DNA of 64,000 nt from Bacteroidota bacterium (GTDB taxonomy: Bacteria > Bacteroidota > Bacteroidia > Bacteroidales > JAAYUG01), in assembly GCA_029571215.1 (NCBI GenBank), contig JAKPTE010000014.1, forward strand, positions 28,082 through 92,081. The letters run 5' to 3'. Below the pieces are notes generated by a model that saw only the letters and a list, made by a program, of their open reading frames with translations, searched no databases and had not been told where the DNA came from. Position numbers and translations under genes: made by a program. The stretch's first letter is position 1; each line of letters starts with the position of its first letter. This document shows positions 39,034-47,243 of this stretch, piece by piece.

Positions 39034-39714
39034 TCAATCCCTTCTCCCCAGGTAAATAAGAATATAGTATAGCAGAGTAGCCAGGGAAGTGATGGCAGCA
39101 ATGAAATAGGTATAGGCAGCCCACCGCAATGCATCGGTAGCCTTTTCGTGGGTTTCATAGCTGGTAATGCCGGCATTACTGAGCCAGGCAAGTGCCCTGC
39201 GGCTGGCATCAACTTCCACGGGAAGGGTAATTATGCTAAAAATTGTGGTTAGGGCAAACAGAACTATGCCCGCCAGTAGCAACTGCGGGAAAACACCTAT
39301 GAGTAAAATACCCGCCAACAGTATCCATTGCACCCAGTTGGAAGCAAAACTGACAACCGGCACGAGAGCTGAACGCATCTGCAGCCAGGCGTATGCACGC
39401 GCATGCTGAACTGCATGTCCGCATTCATGCGCAGCGACCGCTGCGGCAGCTATACTGTTGCTGCTGTAAACACTGCGACTGAGATTAACTGTCTTCTTCA
39501 TGGGATTGTAATGGTCCGTAAGTTCCCCTTCCGTTGAAATAACTTCCACATCATAAATACCATTATCGCGCAGCATTTTCTCAGCAACCTCTTTTCCTGT
39601 AAGACCTGAAGGCAAAGGAATCTGCGAATATTTGCGAAAACGCGACTTTAACGTTTCGCTGATCAAAAGACTGATCAGCATTAATACACCGAAAAACACA
39701 TAAAATCCTATCAT
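39034..39714 (-). CDS. Membrane zinc metallopeptidase (Zn_peptidase_2 family)
   Basis: 226 aa with the HExxH motif (AHECGHAVQH), an N-terminal TM and C-terminal TMs. Confidence 0.8.
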   Translation of the reverse strand: MIGFYVFFGVLMLISLLISETLKSRFRKYSQIPLPSGLTGKEVAEKMLRDNGIYDVEVISTEGELTDHYNPMKKTVNLSRSVYSSNSIAAAAVAAHECGHAVQHARAYAWLQMRSALVPVVSFASNWVQWILLAGILLIGVFPQLLLAGIVLFALTTIFSIITLPVEVDASRRALAWLSNAGITSYETHEKATDALRWAAYTYFIAAITSLATLLYYILIYLGRRD

Positions 39715-39886
39715 TGTCTGTTCTTTTTAACGTTCTGCAAATATAACACAAAAGGGGTTCCAAAGTTTCAAAATGCCAGTTTGGCACATATACCTTCGAG
39801 ACGAATGCCATATTGACATATGGATAAAAAAAGATTCTGTTGTTATGCGATTGAATATCAAACCCTTAATTGTTAAATGAACCGAG

Positions 39887-39902
39887 TGGCACAACGTTTG
39901 CC
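39887..39902 (+). promoter_or_regulatory. Sigma-54 (RpoN) -24/-12 promoter upstream of hsp20
   Basis: TGGCACAACGTTTGCC is an exact match to TGGCAC-N5-TTGC with canonical GG-to-GC spacing. It is 49 nt upstream of ATG 39951. No TAnnTTTG box lies between it and the gene. Confidence 0.5.
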
Positions 39903-39935
39903 ATATATGGGGTGAAAACAAAAAATCAAAAAAGA

Positions 39936-39943
39936 AAGGAGGG
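39936..39943 (+). promoter_or_regulatory. Canonical Shine-Dalgarno AAGGAGGG for hsp20
   Basis: The GGAGG core is 8 nt upstream of the ATG. Most other genes in the window have no such element. Confidence 0.5.
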
Positions 39944-39950
39944 TTGAGCT

Positions 39951-40376
39951 ATGTCACTGATGCTAAGACGTTCATTACTTCCTTCGTGGATGGATGAATT
40001 CTTCAACAGAGATTTGCTGTCCGAAATGGATCTTGGCGAATCGATGAGCATGCCGGCAGTAAACGTTATTGAAGACAAGGATGCTTTCCGGATTGAGGTG
40101 GCAGCTCCTGGCCTTGAAAAGAAAGATTTTAAGATTGATGTGGACGATAAGCTGCTCACCATATCTTCTGAAAAAGAAGTATCCAGGGAAAGCAAGGAAT
40201 CGAATTATCTGAGGAAGGAATTCTCCTACACTTCTTTCCGCAGATCATTCACCTTGCCCGATATCGTGGATGCCGACAAGATCAAAGCCAACCATAAGGA
40301 CGGGATTCTGACCATCACCATCCCGAAGAAGGAAGAAGCTAAAAAGAAAGCCGGCCGGACTATTGAAATTCAATAA
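39951..40376 (+). CDS. Small heat-shock protein (Hsp20/alpha-crystallin family)
   Basis: 141 aa with an alpha-crystallin domain (PAVNVIEDKDAFRIEVAAPGLEKKDFKIDV...GILTITIPK). Confidence 0.92.
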   Translation: MSLMLRRSLLPSWMDEFFNRDLLSEMDLGESMSMPAVNVIEDKDAFRIEVAAPGLEKKDFKIDVDDKLLTISSEKEVSRESKESNYLRKEFSYTSFRRSFTLPDIVDADKIKANHKDGILTITIPKKEEAKKKAGRTIEIQ

Positions 40377-40389
40377 CCGGTCGCTCTGA

Positions 40390-40431
40390 AAGAGCAGGAT
40401 GGCCAGTAATCTTCTGTACCATCCTGCTCTT
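40390..40431 (+). terminator. Terminator hairpin after hsp20
   Basis: 13-bp stem AAGAGCAGGATGG/CCATCCTGCTCTT with a 16-nt loop. The trailing T-tract is weak (TCTGTTATT). Confidence 0.45.
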
Positions 40432-40652
40432 TCTGTTATTGAATGTTGGAATTGACCGTATCGTGCAATGCTCCTGCAAATTCTGCCCTGAAAACTGTTT
40501 AAATGCATTGCGCCCCTAGCATTCAGAACACGATCCCTCGTATTGGCAGAATGTGTGTTGGTTCATTGCATTTCACAGGGTCAGTTCAGAATTAACATAA
40601 TTTAACTATCTGCCATTCAGATTGCTATGTAATTTTACCTTGCTATTTCCTG

Positions 40653-40663
40653 AAAGGAGGTGA
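40653..40663 (+). promoter_or_regulatory. Canonical Shine-Dalgarno AAAGGAGGTGA for the FF-rich protein gene
   Basis: 11-nt complement of a standard 16S 3' tail, with the GGAGG core 10 nt from ATG 40671. Confidence 0.5.
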
Positions 40664-40670
40664 TTGTTTT

Positions 40671-41291
40671 ATGAAAACGTCATTTCTTAAAAACAAAAGA
40701 ACACTTTTCGGAATACTGAGAGCTCTGTTTATTTTCTTCCTCTTTGGAGCACTAAGCCTTGCCCGGCCACAACTAACTTCATTACCATATCTTTCTATGA
40801 CCCGGGATACGCGTGGTAGTTCCCTCCCCAAAGTGGATATAAAGGTGAATAAAAAATATGACGACAAGGGGAATCTCCTGGAATATGATTCTGTATGGAC
40901 CTATGAGTCACATTCCGGTGATAGCATTTTCCGGTCATCGAAATTCCGCTTTGGCAAACGTTCAGGACGTTCCGATTCATTTTTTGACTTTAACGAACCC
41001 TTTGCCGACACTTCCGAATGGTTCCCCGGATTTGGTCCATTTTCCGGCCATAAGGATATTGAGGAACTGGAACGTGAAATGTACCGGCACATGCAATGGA
41101 TGGACAGTATCATGAACCGGATGTGGCCGGGAAAATTTAACCCGAAGGATGAGTTCTTTCACAGGCCCTTCGATGATTTTTTCAGGCACAGACCTGCACC
41201 TTTTTTCCGGTCTGTACCGGACAGTTTCTTCTATCATTTCAACATGCCAGTTCCCCGCCCGGAAATAAAACGTGACACCATTTGGTATTAG
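40671..41291 (+). CDS. Hypothetical exported or membrane-anchored protein rich in D-x-F-F motifs
   Basis: 206 aa with an N-terminal hydrophobic segment (LFGILRALFIFFLFGALSLA). The C-terminal half contains DSFF, DEFF, DDFF, PFF and DSFF. I recognise no family. Confidence 0.6.
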   Translation: MKTSFLKNKRTLFGILRALFIFFLFGALSLARPQLTSLPYLSMTRDTRGSSLPKVDIKVNKKYDDKGNLLEYDSVWTYESHSGDSIFRSSKFRFGKRSGRSDSFFDFNEPFADTSEWFPGFGPFSGHKDIEELEREMYRHMQWMDSIMNRMWPGKFNPKDEFFHRPFDDFFRHRPAPFFRSVPDSFFYHFNMPVPRPEIKRDTIWY

Positions 41292-41320
41292 CGTTGCTTC
41301 CCAGACTCTGAAAGGGCTTC

Positions 41321-41349
41321 AAGGGCTTGTGCCCGGCCCTTCTTTTTTT
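41321..41349 (+). terminator. Rho-independent terminator after the FF-rich protein gene
   Basis: AAGGGC-TTGTGCCCG-GCCCTT followed by CTTTTTTTC. Confidence 0.5.
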
Positions 41350-41566
41350 CTTTGCCGGGACATTTTTCATCCATGGGAGCCGTGTAACTCCATCACCCCG
41401 CTGGCGTAAAGGAAGAGGGGAAGAAGCATACCACCAAACTAAGATTGATCGAAGAACACGGTTCAGAATCCACTTTGTTTTAGAGGGCACAAAAATTCAA
41501 CAATTTTCCGTAATATGTGTTATATAACATGTAAATTTCGGATATTTGTATCTGAATACAGGACTG

Positions 41567-42397
41567 ATGGAATCATTTGCAAAAAAACTCGAGCAAATTA
41601 ACCGGGATTATTGCTTCGACGTTCCCCCTCTGGAAGCTACCCGCGATTTTACACGTGATCTGGTGAATCTTCTTTTTCCAATACGGCAAAACCGGTTGCT
41701 TACGGCAGAGAACATTCTTGAGCGGCTGAATTCCTTGCGGCAGCAATGTTATCAGCTTATTGCCGTTTTCGGGGATCGGCTTCCGGTTCCAGCCATGGAA
41801 CTCACCGACCGTTTTTTCGGGAAATTACCCGGCATTTATGAAATTTTACTTGACGAGGCCGATGGATACATGAAAAACGATCCGGCAGCCGATTCAGTGG
41901 AAGAAGTTATCATGTGTTATCCGGGTTTTTTTGCTGTAACCGTTTACCGTCTGGCCCATGCCCTGCATGAACTTGGTGTTCCGATTATGCCGCGAATGAT
42001 GACCGAATATGCTCATTCCCGTACCGGCATCGACATCCACCCTGCTGCCCGCATCGGAAAAAAATTCTTTATTGATCATGGCACCGGTGTTGTTATTGGC
42101 GAAACAACTGAAATCGGGGAAGATGTTAAAATCTACCAGGGGGTTACCCTCGGAGCACTGCATGTTGACAAGAAACTCAGCGACCGCAAGCGGCATCCGA
42201 CTATAGGAGACAGAGTTATTATTTATGCCGGCAGCACTATTCTTGGAGGGACTACGGTAATAGGCCACGATTCAATCATCGGGGGAAATGTATGGTTAAC
42301 CTCAAGTGTGGATCCCTACACCGTGGTATACAGAAAACCTAAAGTAATGTACCGTAATCAAAAAGGATATTCAGAACCAATAGATTGGGTAATTTGA
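41567..42397 (+). CDS. cysE: Serine O-acetyltransferase
   Basis: The track starts at TTG 41546; ATG 41567 gives MESFAKKLEQ. It has a left-handed beta-helix hexapeptide region (GTGVVIGETTEIGEDVKIYQGVTLG) and is followed by cysK. Confidence 0.88.
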   Translation: MESFAKKLEQINRDYCFDVPPLEATRDFTRDLVNLLFPIRQNRLLTAENILERLNSLRQQCYQLIAVFGDRLPVPAMELTDRFFGKLPGIYEILLDEADGYMKNDPAADSVEEVIMCYPGFFAVTVYRLAHALHELGVPIMPRMMTEYAHSRTGIDIHPAARIGKKFFIDHGTGVVIGETTEIGEDVKIYQGVTLGALHVDKKLSDRKRHPTIGDRVIIYAGSTILGGTTVIGHDSIIGGNVWLTSSVDPYTVVYRKPKVMYRNQKGYSEPIDWVI

Positions 42398-42583
42398 AAA
42401 AGAAAGGTATTTAACCCATGTACGTTGCATCTGTCATCCATTTTCATTTCTTCAACCGACTATCTTGTGCCGGCCACGTTGCCGTTATATAACAATGCAT
42501 TTCAAAAACAATAATCAATCTGTATTTTTTATAAAGAGTTAGAAAAACAGAGATTCATATTTATTCCAAACAATAAATCAGTT

Positions 42584-43495
42584 ATGAAAGCAAAAACTAT
42601 TCTTGATACCATAGGCAACACACCTCATGTTCGCATCAACCGTTTGTTTGAAAAGGGTTTTGAAGTATGGATGAAACTGGAAAGAACAAATCCGGGAGGA
42701 AGCATTAAAGACAGGATTGCACTGGCAATGGTGGAAGATGCTGAAAAAAAAGGTATTCTTGCACCCGGATCGGTAATTATTGAGCCGACCTCGGGCAATA
42801 CGGGAATTGGATTAGCCATGGTTGCAGCCGTTAAAGGATACCGGCTTATTCTGGTGATGCCGGAATCCATGTCGGTGGAGCGCAGGCGGATTATGGCTGT
42901 TTATGGTGCTGAATTTGAGCTAACACCCCGGGAAAAAGGGATGCCGGGTGCCATTGCCAGAGCCAAAGAACTGGCTCTTGCCATACCGGGAGCATGGATT
43001 CCGTCGCAGTTCGACAATGAATCCAACATCCGAATTCACAAAGAAACGACTGCACGGGAAATTCTGGCTGACTTCCCTGAGGGGATTGACGTTCTGATCA
43101 CAGGAGTTGGAACAGGCGGCCATATTACAGGAATTGGAGAAGTGCTGAAAACAAAATTCCCTTTGCTTAAGGTTTTCGCAGTTGAACCAGAGTTGTCTCC
43201 TGTCATTAGCGGAGGAGCTCCTGCACCCCATCCCATTCAGGGTATTGGAGCAGGATTCATTCCTAAAAATCTTCACAGGGAAGTTCTGGATGGTGTAATT
43301 ACCGTTTCCAAAGAAGAAGCATTTGAGTTTGCCCGGCGCGCTGCAAGGGAAGAAGGCATTTTTATCGGTATTTCCTCCGGAGCTTCCCTTGCTGCCGTGA
43401 ACAAAAAACTGAAAGAATTCACCAAAGGTACCCGTATTCTTACTTTATGCTACGATACCGGAGAGAGGTATCTTTCGATTGACGGGCTCTTCTGA
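42584..43495 (+). CDS. cysK: Cysteine synthase A (O-acetylserine sulfhydrylase)
   Basis: 303 aa with PLP-lysine motif NPGGSIKDR and [10 protein letters not shown]. Confidence 0.93.
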   Translation: MKAKTILDTIGNTPHVRINRLFEKGFEVWMKLERTNPGGSIKDRIALAMVEDAEKKGILAPGSVIIEPTSGNTGIGLAMVAAVKGYRLILVMPESMSVERRRIMAVYGAEFELTPREKGMPGAIARAKELALAIPGAWIPSQFDNESNIRIHKETTAREILADFPEGIDVLITGVGTGGHITGIGEVLKTKFPLLKVFAVEPELSPVISGGAPAPHPIQGIGAGFIPKNLHREVLDGVITVSKEEAFEFARRAAREEGIFIGISSGASLAAVNKKLKEFTKGTRILTLCYDTGERYLSIDGLF

Positions 43496-43531
43496 TTCCA
43501 ATTTGCAGGATTCGGGATATAATCAGGTGGA

Positions 43532-43570
43532 AGGGAGAAAGGAACAAAAAATCTTTTCTCCCTCCTTTAT
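43532..43570 (+). terminator. Terminator hairpin after cysK
   Basis: 9-bp stem AGGGAGAAA/TTTCTCCCT with a 14-nt loop, followed by CCTTTATTATT. Confidence 0.4.
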
Positions 43571-43647
43571 TATTCCTTCACCATTTCGCTCTCACTTCAG
43601 AACCCCCGGATTTTTCGTATTTTAGTGCCCTGAAAGAGATCTACCAT

Positions 43648-44064
43648 ATGAAGATTGCAGTTGATTTTGACGGAACAATCGTTGAAAACAAATTTCCCGG
43701 TATTGGCAGGGAAAAAATATTTGCCTTCCGCACCCTCCGTGAACTTCAGCGGCAGGGGCATCAGATTATTCTCTGGACATTCCGTACCGGAAAACAACTC
43801 GAAGAAGCCGTCGAATTCTGCCGCAGGCACGGACTTGAATTTTATGCCGTTAATAAAAGTTTTCCCGAGGAGGAATTTGATGAAACCATATCAAGGAAAA
43901 TCGATGCCGATATTTTTATCGATGACCGGAATCTAGGTGGCTTTCCTGGCTGGGGAGAGGCATGGCAAATCATCACGGGTAACGACAGTTCCGGCAAAAC
44001 AGAATTCCGGTATGAATCTTCCTCTTTATGGAAAAAAATTTTCCTCTGGCTTAATAAACGATAA
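43648..44064 (+). CDS. Minimal HAD-superfamily phosphatase-like protein (no cap domain)
   Basis: 138 aa with HAD motif I DFDGT, motif II Thr (LWTFRTG) and motif III/IV K...DD (RKIDADIFIDD). Confidence 0.6.
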   Translation: MKIAVDFDGTIVENKFPGIGREKIFAFRTLRELQRQGHQIILWTFRTGKQLEEAVEFCRRHGLEFYAVNKSFPEEEFDETISRKIDADIFIDDRNLGGFPGWGEAWQIITGNDSSGKTEFRYESSSLWKKIFLWLNKR

Positions 44065-44081
44065 TTATAGATCCGATTTCT

Positions 44082-45185
44082 ATGATCACTCGCATTTTGT
44101 TCCTTTCCGTATTTGTTATTCTGCCGCTGTTACATTCCTGTCACGACGGGCCATCCCGGGCAGTTCCTGCAGAAGAACCAAACAAAAAACTATCTGCCAG
44201 AATTTCCATACTGGAACCGCTTGCAGGTACCCGCTTCAGGGAAGGCGAAACGGTCACAATTAAAGCAGTGGCCGACACGGGAAGTATTGGTTGTGACAGC
44301 CTTCAGCTTCTGGAAGGAAATGTTTTTCTCGCTGGCAGCAAGGGCCCGGTTCTATTGCATACCTGGCATACCGGACACGGCAGATTTGGAAAAAACCGGC
44401 TGAACGTAAGAAGTTACAAAAACGGAACCATTACCGGCTCTGCCCAGGTGATGATTCTTGTCCTGCCGGCTTCACCACCGACAATAATTAAGGCCGAATT
44501 GGTACGAAAATATCCACACGACAGCCTTGCATATACCCAGGGATTGTTCTACGAAGAGGGATTTTTATATGAAAGCACCGGCCAGTACAGGCGCTCAAGC
44601 TTAAGGAAAGTGAAGCTTGCTACAGGAGAAATTCAACAGTCAGTGAACCTTCCGGATGATGTTTTTGGTGAGGGGCTGGCTGTATTCGATGGCAAAATAC
44701 TTCAGCTCAGCTGGAAGAACAAAACTGCTTTTCTTTACGATAAGAATACCTTTCAACTCCTCAAAAAGGTGCAGTATCCCATCGAGGAAGGGTGGGGACT
44801 GACCTGGGATGGCAGCTTTCTCTGGATGAGTGATGGTTCGGAAATCCTTTACCGGATGGATCCGGAAACGTTCGCCGAAGCAGGTGAAACGGAAGTATAT
44901 GACCATCAGGGAGCAATAACCCAACTGAATGAACTCGAATATATCGATGGCAGAATTTTTGCCAATGTTTACGGCCAGAGTTTCATCGTCATTATTGATC
45001 CTGAAACCGGCCGTGTTACAGGGAAAATTGATTTTTCATGGCTTGTTCCCGAGCGATATAAAGGAAATTACGACAAAGTACTGAATGGAATTGCATGGAA
45101 TCCGGCCAACGGAGATCTGTTTGTTACCGGGAAAGAATGGCCCTATGTATATGAAGTAAGGCTTACGGGGCAATGGAGGCAATAA
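44082..45185 (+). CDS. Glutaminyl-peptide cyclotransferase (beta-propeller type) lipoprotein with an N-terminal Ig-like domain
   Basis: 367 aa with a lipobox-like LLHSC. The core YPHDSLAYTQGLFYEEGFLYESTGQYRRSSLRKV matches bacterial/plant-type glutamine cyclotransferases. Confidence 0.8.
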   Translation: MITRILFLSVFVILPLLHSCHDGPSRAVPAEEPNKKLSARISILEPLAGTRFREGETVTIKAVADTGSIGCDSLQLLEGNVFLAGSKGPVLLHTWHTGHGRFGKNRLNVRSYKNGTITGSAQVMILVLPASPPTIIKAELVRKYPHDSLAYTQGLFYEEGFLYESTGQYRRSSLRKVKLATGEIQQSVNLPDDVFGEGLAVFDGKILQLSWKNKTAFLYDKNTFQLLKKVQYPIEEGWGLTWDGSFLWMSDGSEILYRMDPETFAEAGETEVYDHQGAITQLNELEYIDGRIFANVYGQSFIVIIDPETGRVTGKIDFSWLVPERYKGNYDKVLNGIAWNPANGDLFVTGKEWPYVYEVRLTGQWRQ

Positions 45186-45301
45186 GCCCGGATGATCCGT
45201 TTTACTTGGAAAAAAGCCATTCAGAAGGATAGAAAAAAGCGATTATAAAATAAGCGTTTCGCTGCTGCCGTCTTTAATTGAAGTTTGGGAAAGCGAAAAT
45301 T

Positions 45302-46270
45302 TCAGGGAACTATTACCCTAAGGGCAGAGGGAACAATTTCGAAACGAAAGGGACTGGTTCCGAGGGCTTCTCCGTCGGCTTCCAGATTGACCGGAGGATC
45401 GGAAGTAATCTCAATGGAACGGGTTCTGAAGATCTCTACTTTTTTGTTCTGACCGATTTTTCCGTTGAACAATAAAGGCAGGCTGCGAATAACCTCCCAT
45501 TTACCAATTTTTCTAATCAGGGTTACATCGAGCAGACCGTCATCGGCAATGGCATAGGGAACAGTCATCATTCCACCTCCGTTATATTTTCCAATGCCAA
45601 TGCTTATATCAAAATATTCTCCCTTTCGTTCCCGCTCTTCGGCAATGATCTGTAAACGGGTACTGCGGTAGTAAAAAAGGGTGGTCAGGAGATACCATAA
45701 GTAAATCATGGAATTGCTGTGGCCTTTCATTTTCTCCCGGTTGGTTCTTTTAACCACTTCAGCGTCAAACCCTATGCCTGCCAGATTAACAAAAAACCGT
45801 TCGCCTGTGCTTCCGTTGCTTCCGAATGTGACCCGGCAAACATCCTGAAGCCGGGTCTTTTTTTCCTTCAAAACCCTTATGGCTCCGGTAAAACCGGAAG
45901 GAACAGAAAACATGCGTGCCCAGTCGTTTCCTGTACCGACGGTTATCATGCCAAGATTGATTTCTGTAGCAGGCACCTTTTGCTGATGAAGAACCCCATT
46001 GGCCACTTCATTCAGTGTTCCGTCACCGCCTACAGCTATAATATCTCTGTATCCTCTGGCAACTCCTTCCTGCGCCAGGCTTACTGCGTGCATAGGAGCT
46101 TCCGTAAGCACCGGATCAAAAAGAAACCCTTCGTTCTGAAGAAGTTTTCTTATTCCGGGCCATTCATGCTCGCCCCTACGACCACCCGCGTTGGGATTTA
46201 CAATAACCAGCCATTTCCGGTCCGTCACCTTGCATTCAATTTTGCCCGAAAAATAGTTTTTTTTCATCAC
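45302..46270 (-). CDS. Diacylglycerol/lipid kinase family protein (YegS/BmrU-like)
   Basis: 322 aa with VIVNPNAGGRRG and GGDGTLNEV. Confidence 0.85.
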   Translation of the reverse strand: MMKKNYFSGKIECKVTDRKWLVIVNPNAGGRRGEHEWPGIRKLLQNEGFLFDPVLTEAPMHAVSLAQEGVARGYRDIIAVGGDGTLNEVANGVLHQQKVPATEINLGMITVGTGNDWARMFSVPSGFTGAIRVLKEKKTRLQDVCRVTFGSNGSTGERFFVNLAGIGFDAEVVKRTNREKMKGHSNSMIYLWYLLTTLFYYRSTRLQIIAEERERKGEYFDISIGIGKYNGGGMMTVPYAIADDGLLDVTLIRKIGKWEVIRSLPLLFNGKIGQNKKVEIFRTRSIEITSDPPVNLEADGEALGTSPFRFEIVPSALRVIVP

Positions 46271-46395
46271 AAAATAAGAAAAGCGACGTTCGATGTTTTT
46301 TGTTATTTTTGCCTGTTAATAACCTGTTGGCAAATCGGGATACCGATGTTTACAACTCCCGGTTGTTCAAAACTTGCCAAAGGATATTAAAGTAG

Positions 46396-46403
46396 TATTT
46401 TTG
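46396..46403 (+). promoter_or_regulatory. -7 promoter box TATTTTTG upstream of parA
   Basis: Exact TAnnTTTG match, 20 nt upstream of ATG 46424. Confidence 0.35.
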
Positions 46404-46423
46404 GGATTCCAAAATTCAGTATA

Positions 46424-47224
46424 ATGGGAAAAGTAATAGCCATTGCCAATCAGAAAGGCGGAGTAGGAAAAACAACAACTGCCATCAACCTTGCAGCCAG
46501 TTTTGCGGTTCTGGAGAAAAAAGTTCTGCTGATTGATGCAGATCCTCAGGCAAATGCGACATCAGGATCCGGTTTTGATGTCCGGAACGTGAAAACGGGA
46601 ATTTATGAATGCCTGATTGACGAGCAGGATCCCCGTACAGCCGTTTTGCACAGTGAAATTGAAGGCTTTGATCTGATTCCTTCCCATATTGATCTGGTTG
46701 GTGCAGAAATTGAAATGCTGAATATGCCCAACCGGGAAAAAATTATGAAGAGTGTCGTAGCCAAAATAAAGGATGATTACGATTTCATTCTTATTGATTG
46801 TTCTCCCTCCCTGGGATTGATTACAGTCAATGCCCTTACGGCAGCCGATTCGGTTCTGATACCGGTGCAGTGCGAATACTTTGCCCTGGAAGGACTTGGA
46901 AAACTGCTAAATACCATAAAGATTATCCAGGGCAGGCTCAACCCCGACCTGCAGATTGAAGGATTTCTCCTTACCATGTACGACCCGCGGCTTCGCCTTT
47001 CGAACCAGGTGGTTGAAGAAGTTAAAAAGCATTTTCAGGATATGGTTTTCGACACCATTGTTCAGCGGAACATTAAGCTGAGTGAATCGCCCAGTTTCGG
47101 CAAACCGGTCATAACCTATGATGCCGAATCGAAGGGAGCCATTAACCATCTCAATCTGGCCCGTGAAATTATGCAGAAGAATGAGATGACCCTGATGAGT
47201 AACGCTGAAAAAGTTATCGGATAG
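46424..47224 (+). CDS. parA: Chromosome partitioning ATPase ParA (Soj)
   Basis: 266 aa with the deviant Walker A NQKGGVGKTTT. Confidence 0.93.
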   Translation: MGKVIAIANQKGGVGKTTTAINLAASFAVLEKKVLLIDADPQANATSGSGFDVRNVKTGIYECLIDEQDPRTAVLHSEIEGFDLIPSHIDLVGAEIEMLNMPNREKIMKSVVAKIKDDYDFILIDCSPSLGLITVNALTAADSVLIPVQCEYFALEGLGKLLNTIKIIQGRLNPDLQIEGFLLTMYDPRLRLSNQVVEEVKKHFQDMVFDTIVQRNIKLSESPSFGKPVITYDAESKGAINHLNLAREIMQKNEMTLMSNAEKVIG

Positions 47225-47243
47225 GTTAATTAAACAATGCTCC

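Noticed and set aside
39782-39796. Second TGGCAC hexamer in the hsp20 upstream region as a second sigma-54 promoter
   Set aside because: At the -12 position it has CCTT instead of TTGC (TGGCAC-ATATA-CCTT), so the conserved GC is missing.
39913-39950. RNA thermometer (ROSE or fourU type) in the hsp20 5' UTR
   Set aside because: The predicted leader is A-rich (GTGAAAACAAAAAATCAAAAAAGAAAGGAGGG). It has no U-rich or complementary segment able to pair with and mask the SD.
41239-41527. Small ORFs (83 aa minus strand, 66 aa plus strand) in the spacer between the FF-protein gene and cysE
   Set aside because: They overlap each other and the terminator hairpin, have no SD or promoter context, and have arbitrary composition. 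The spacer is better explained by a terminator plus the cysE control region.
45719-46390. 223-aa + strand ORF opposite the lipid kinase gene
   Set aside because: It is antisense to a gene with GGDGT and NPxAG motifs. It has no recognisable domain and runs through the kinase gene start region, so it is a shadow ORF.
46271-46423. Replication origin next to parAB
   Set aside because: There is no cluster of DnaA boxes (TTATCCACA or its complement) in this or neighbouring spacers. The only close matches I saw lie singly inside coding regions (near 9720 and 50245). No dnaA or dnaN is in the window.
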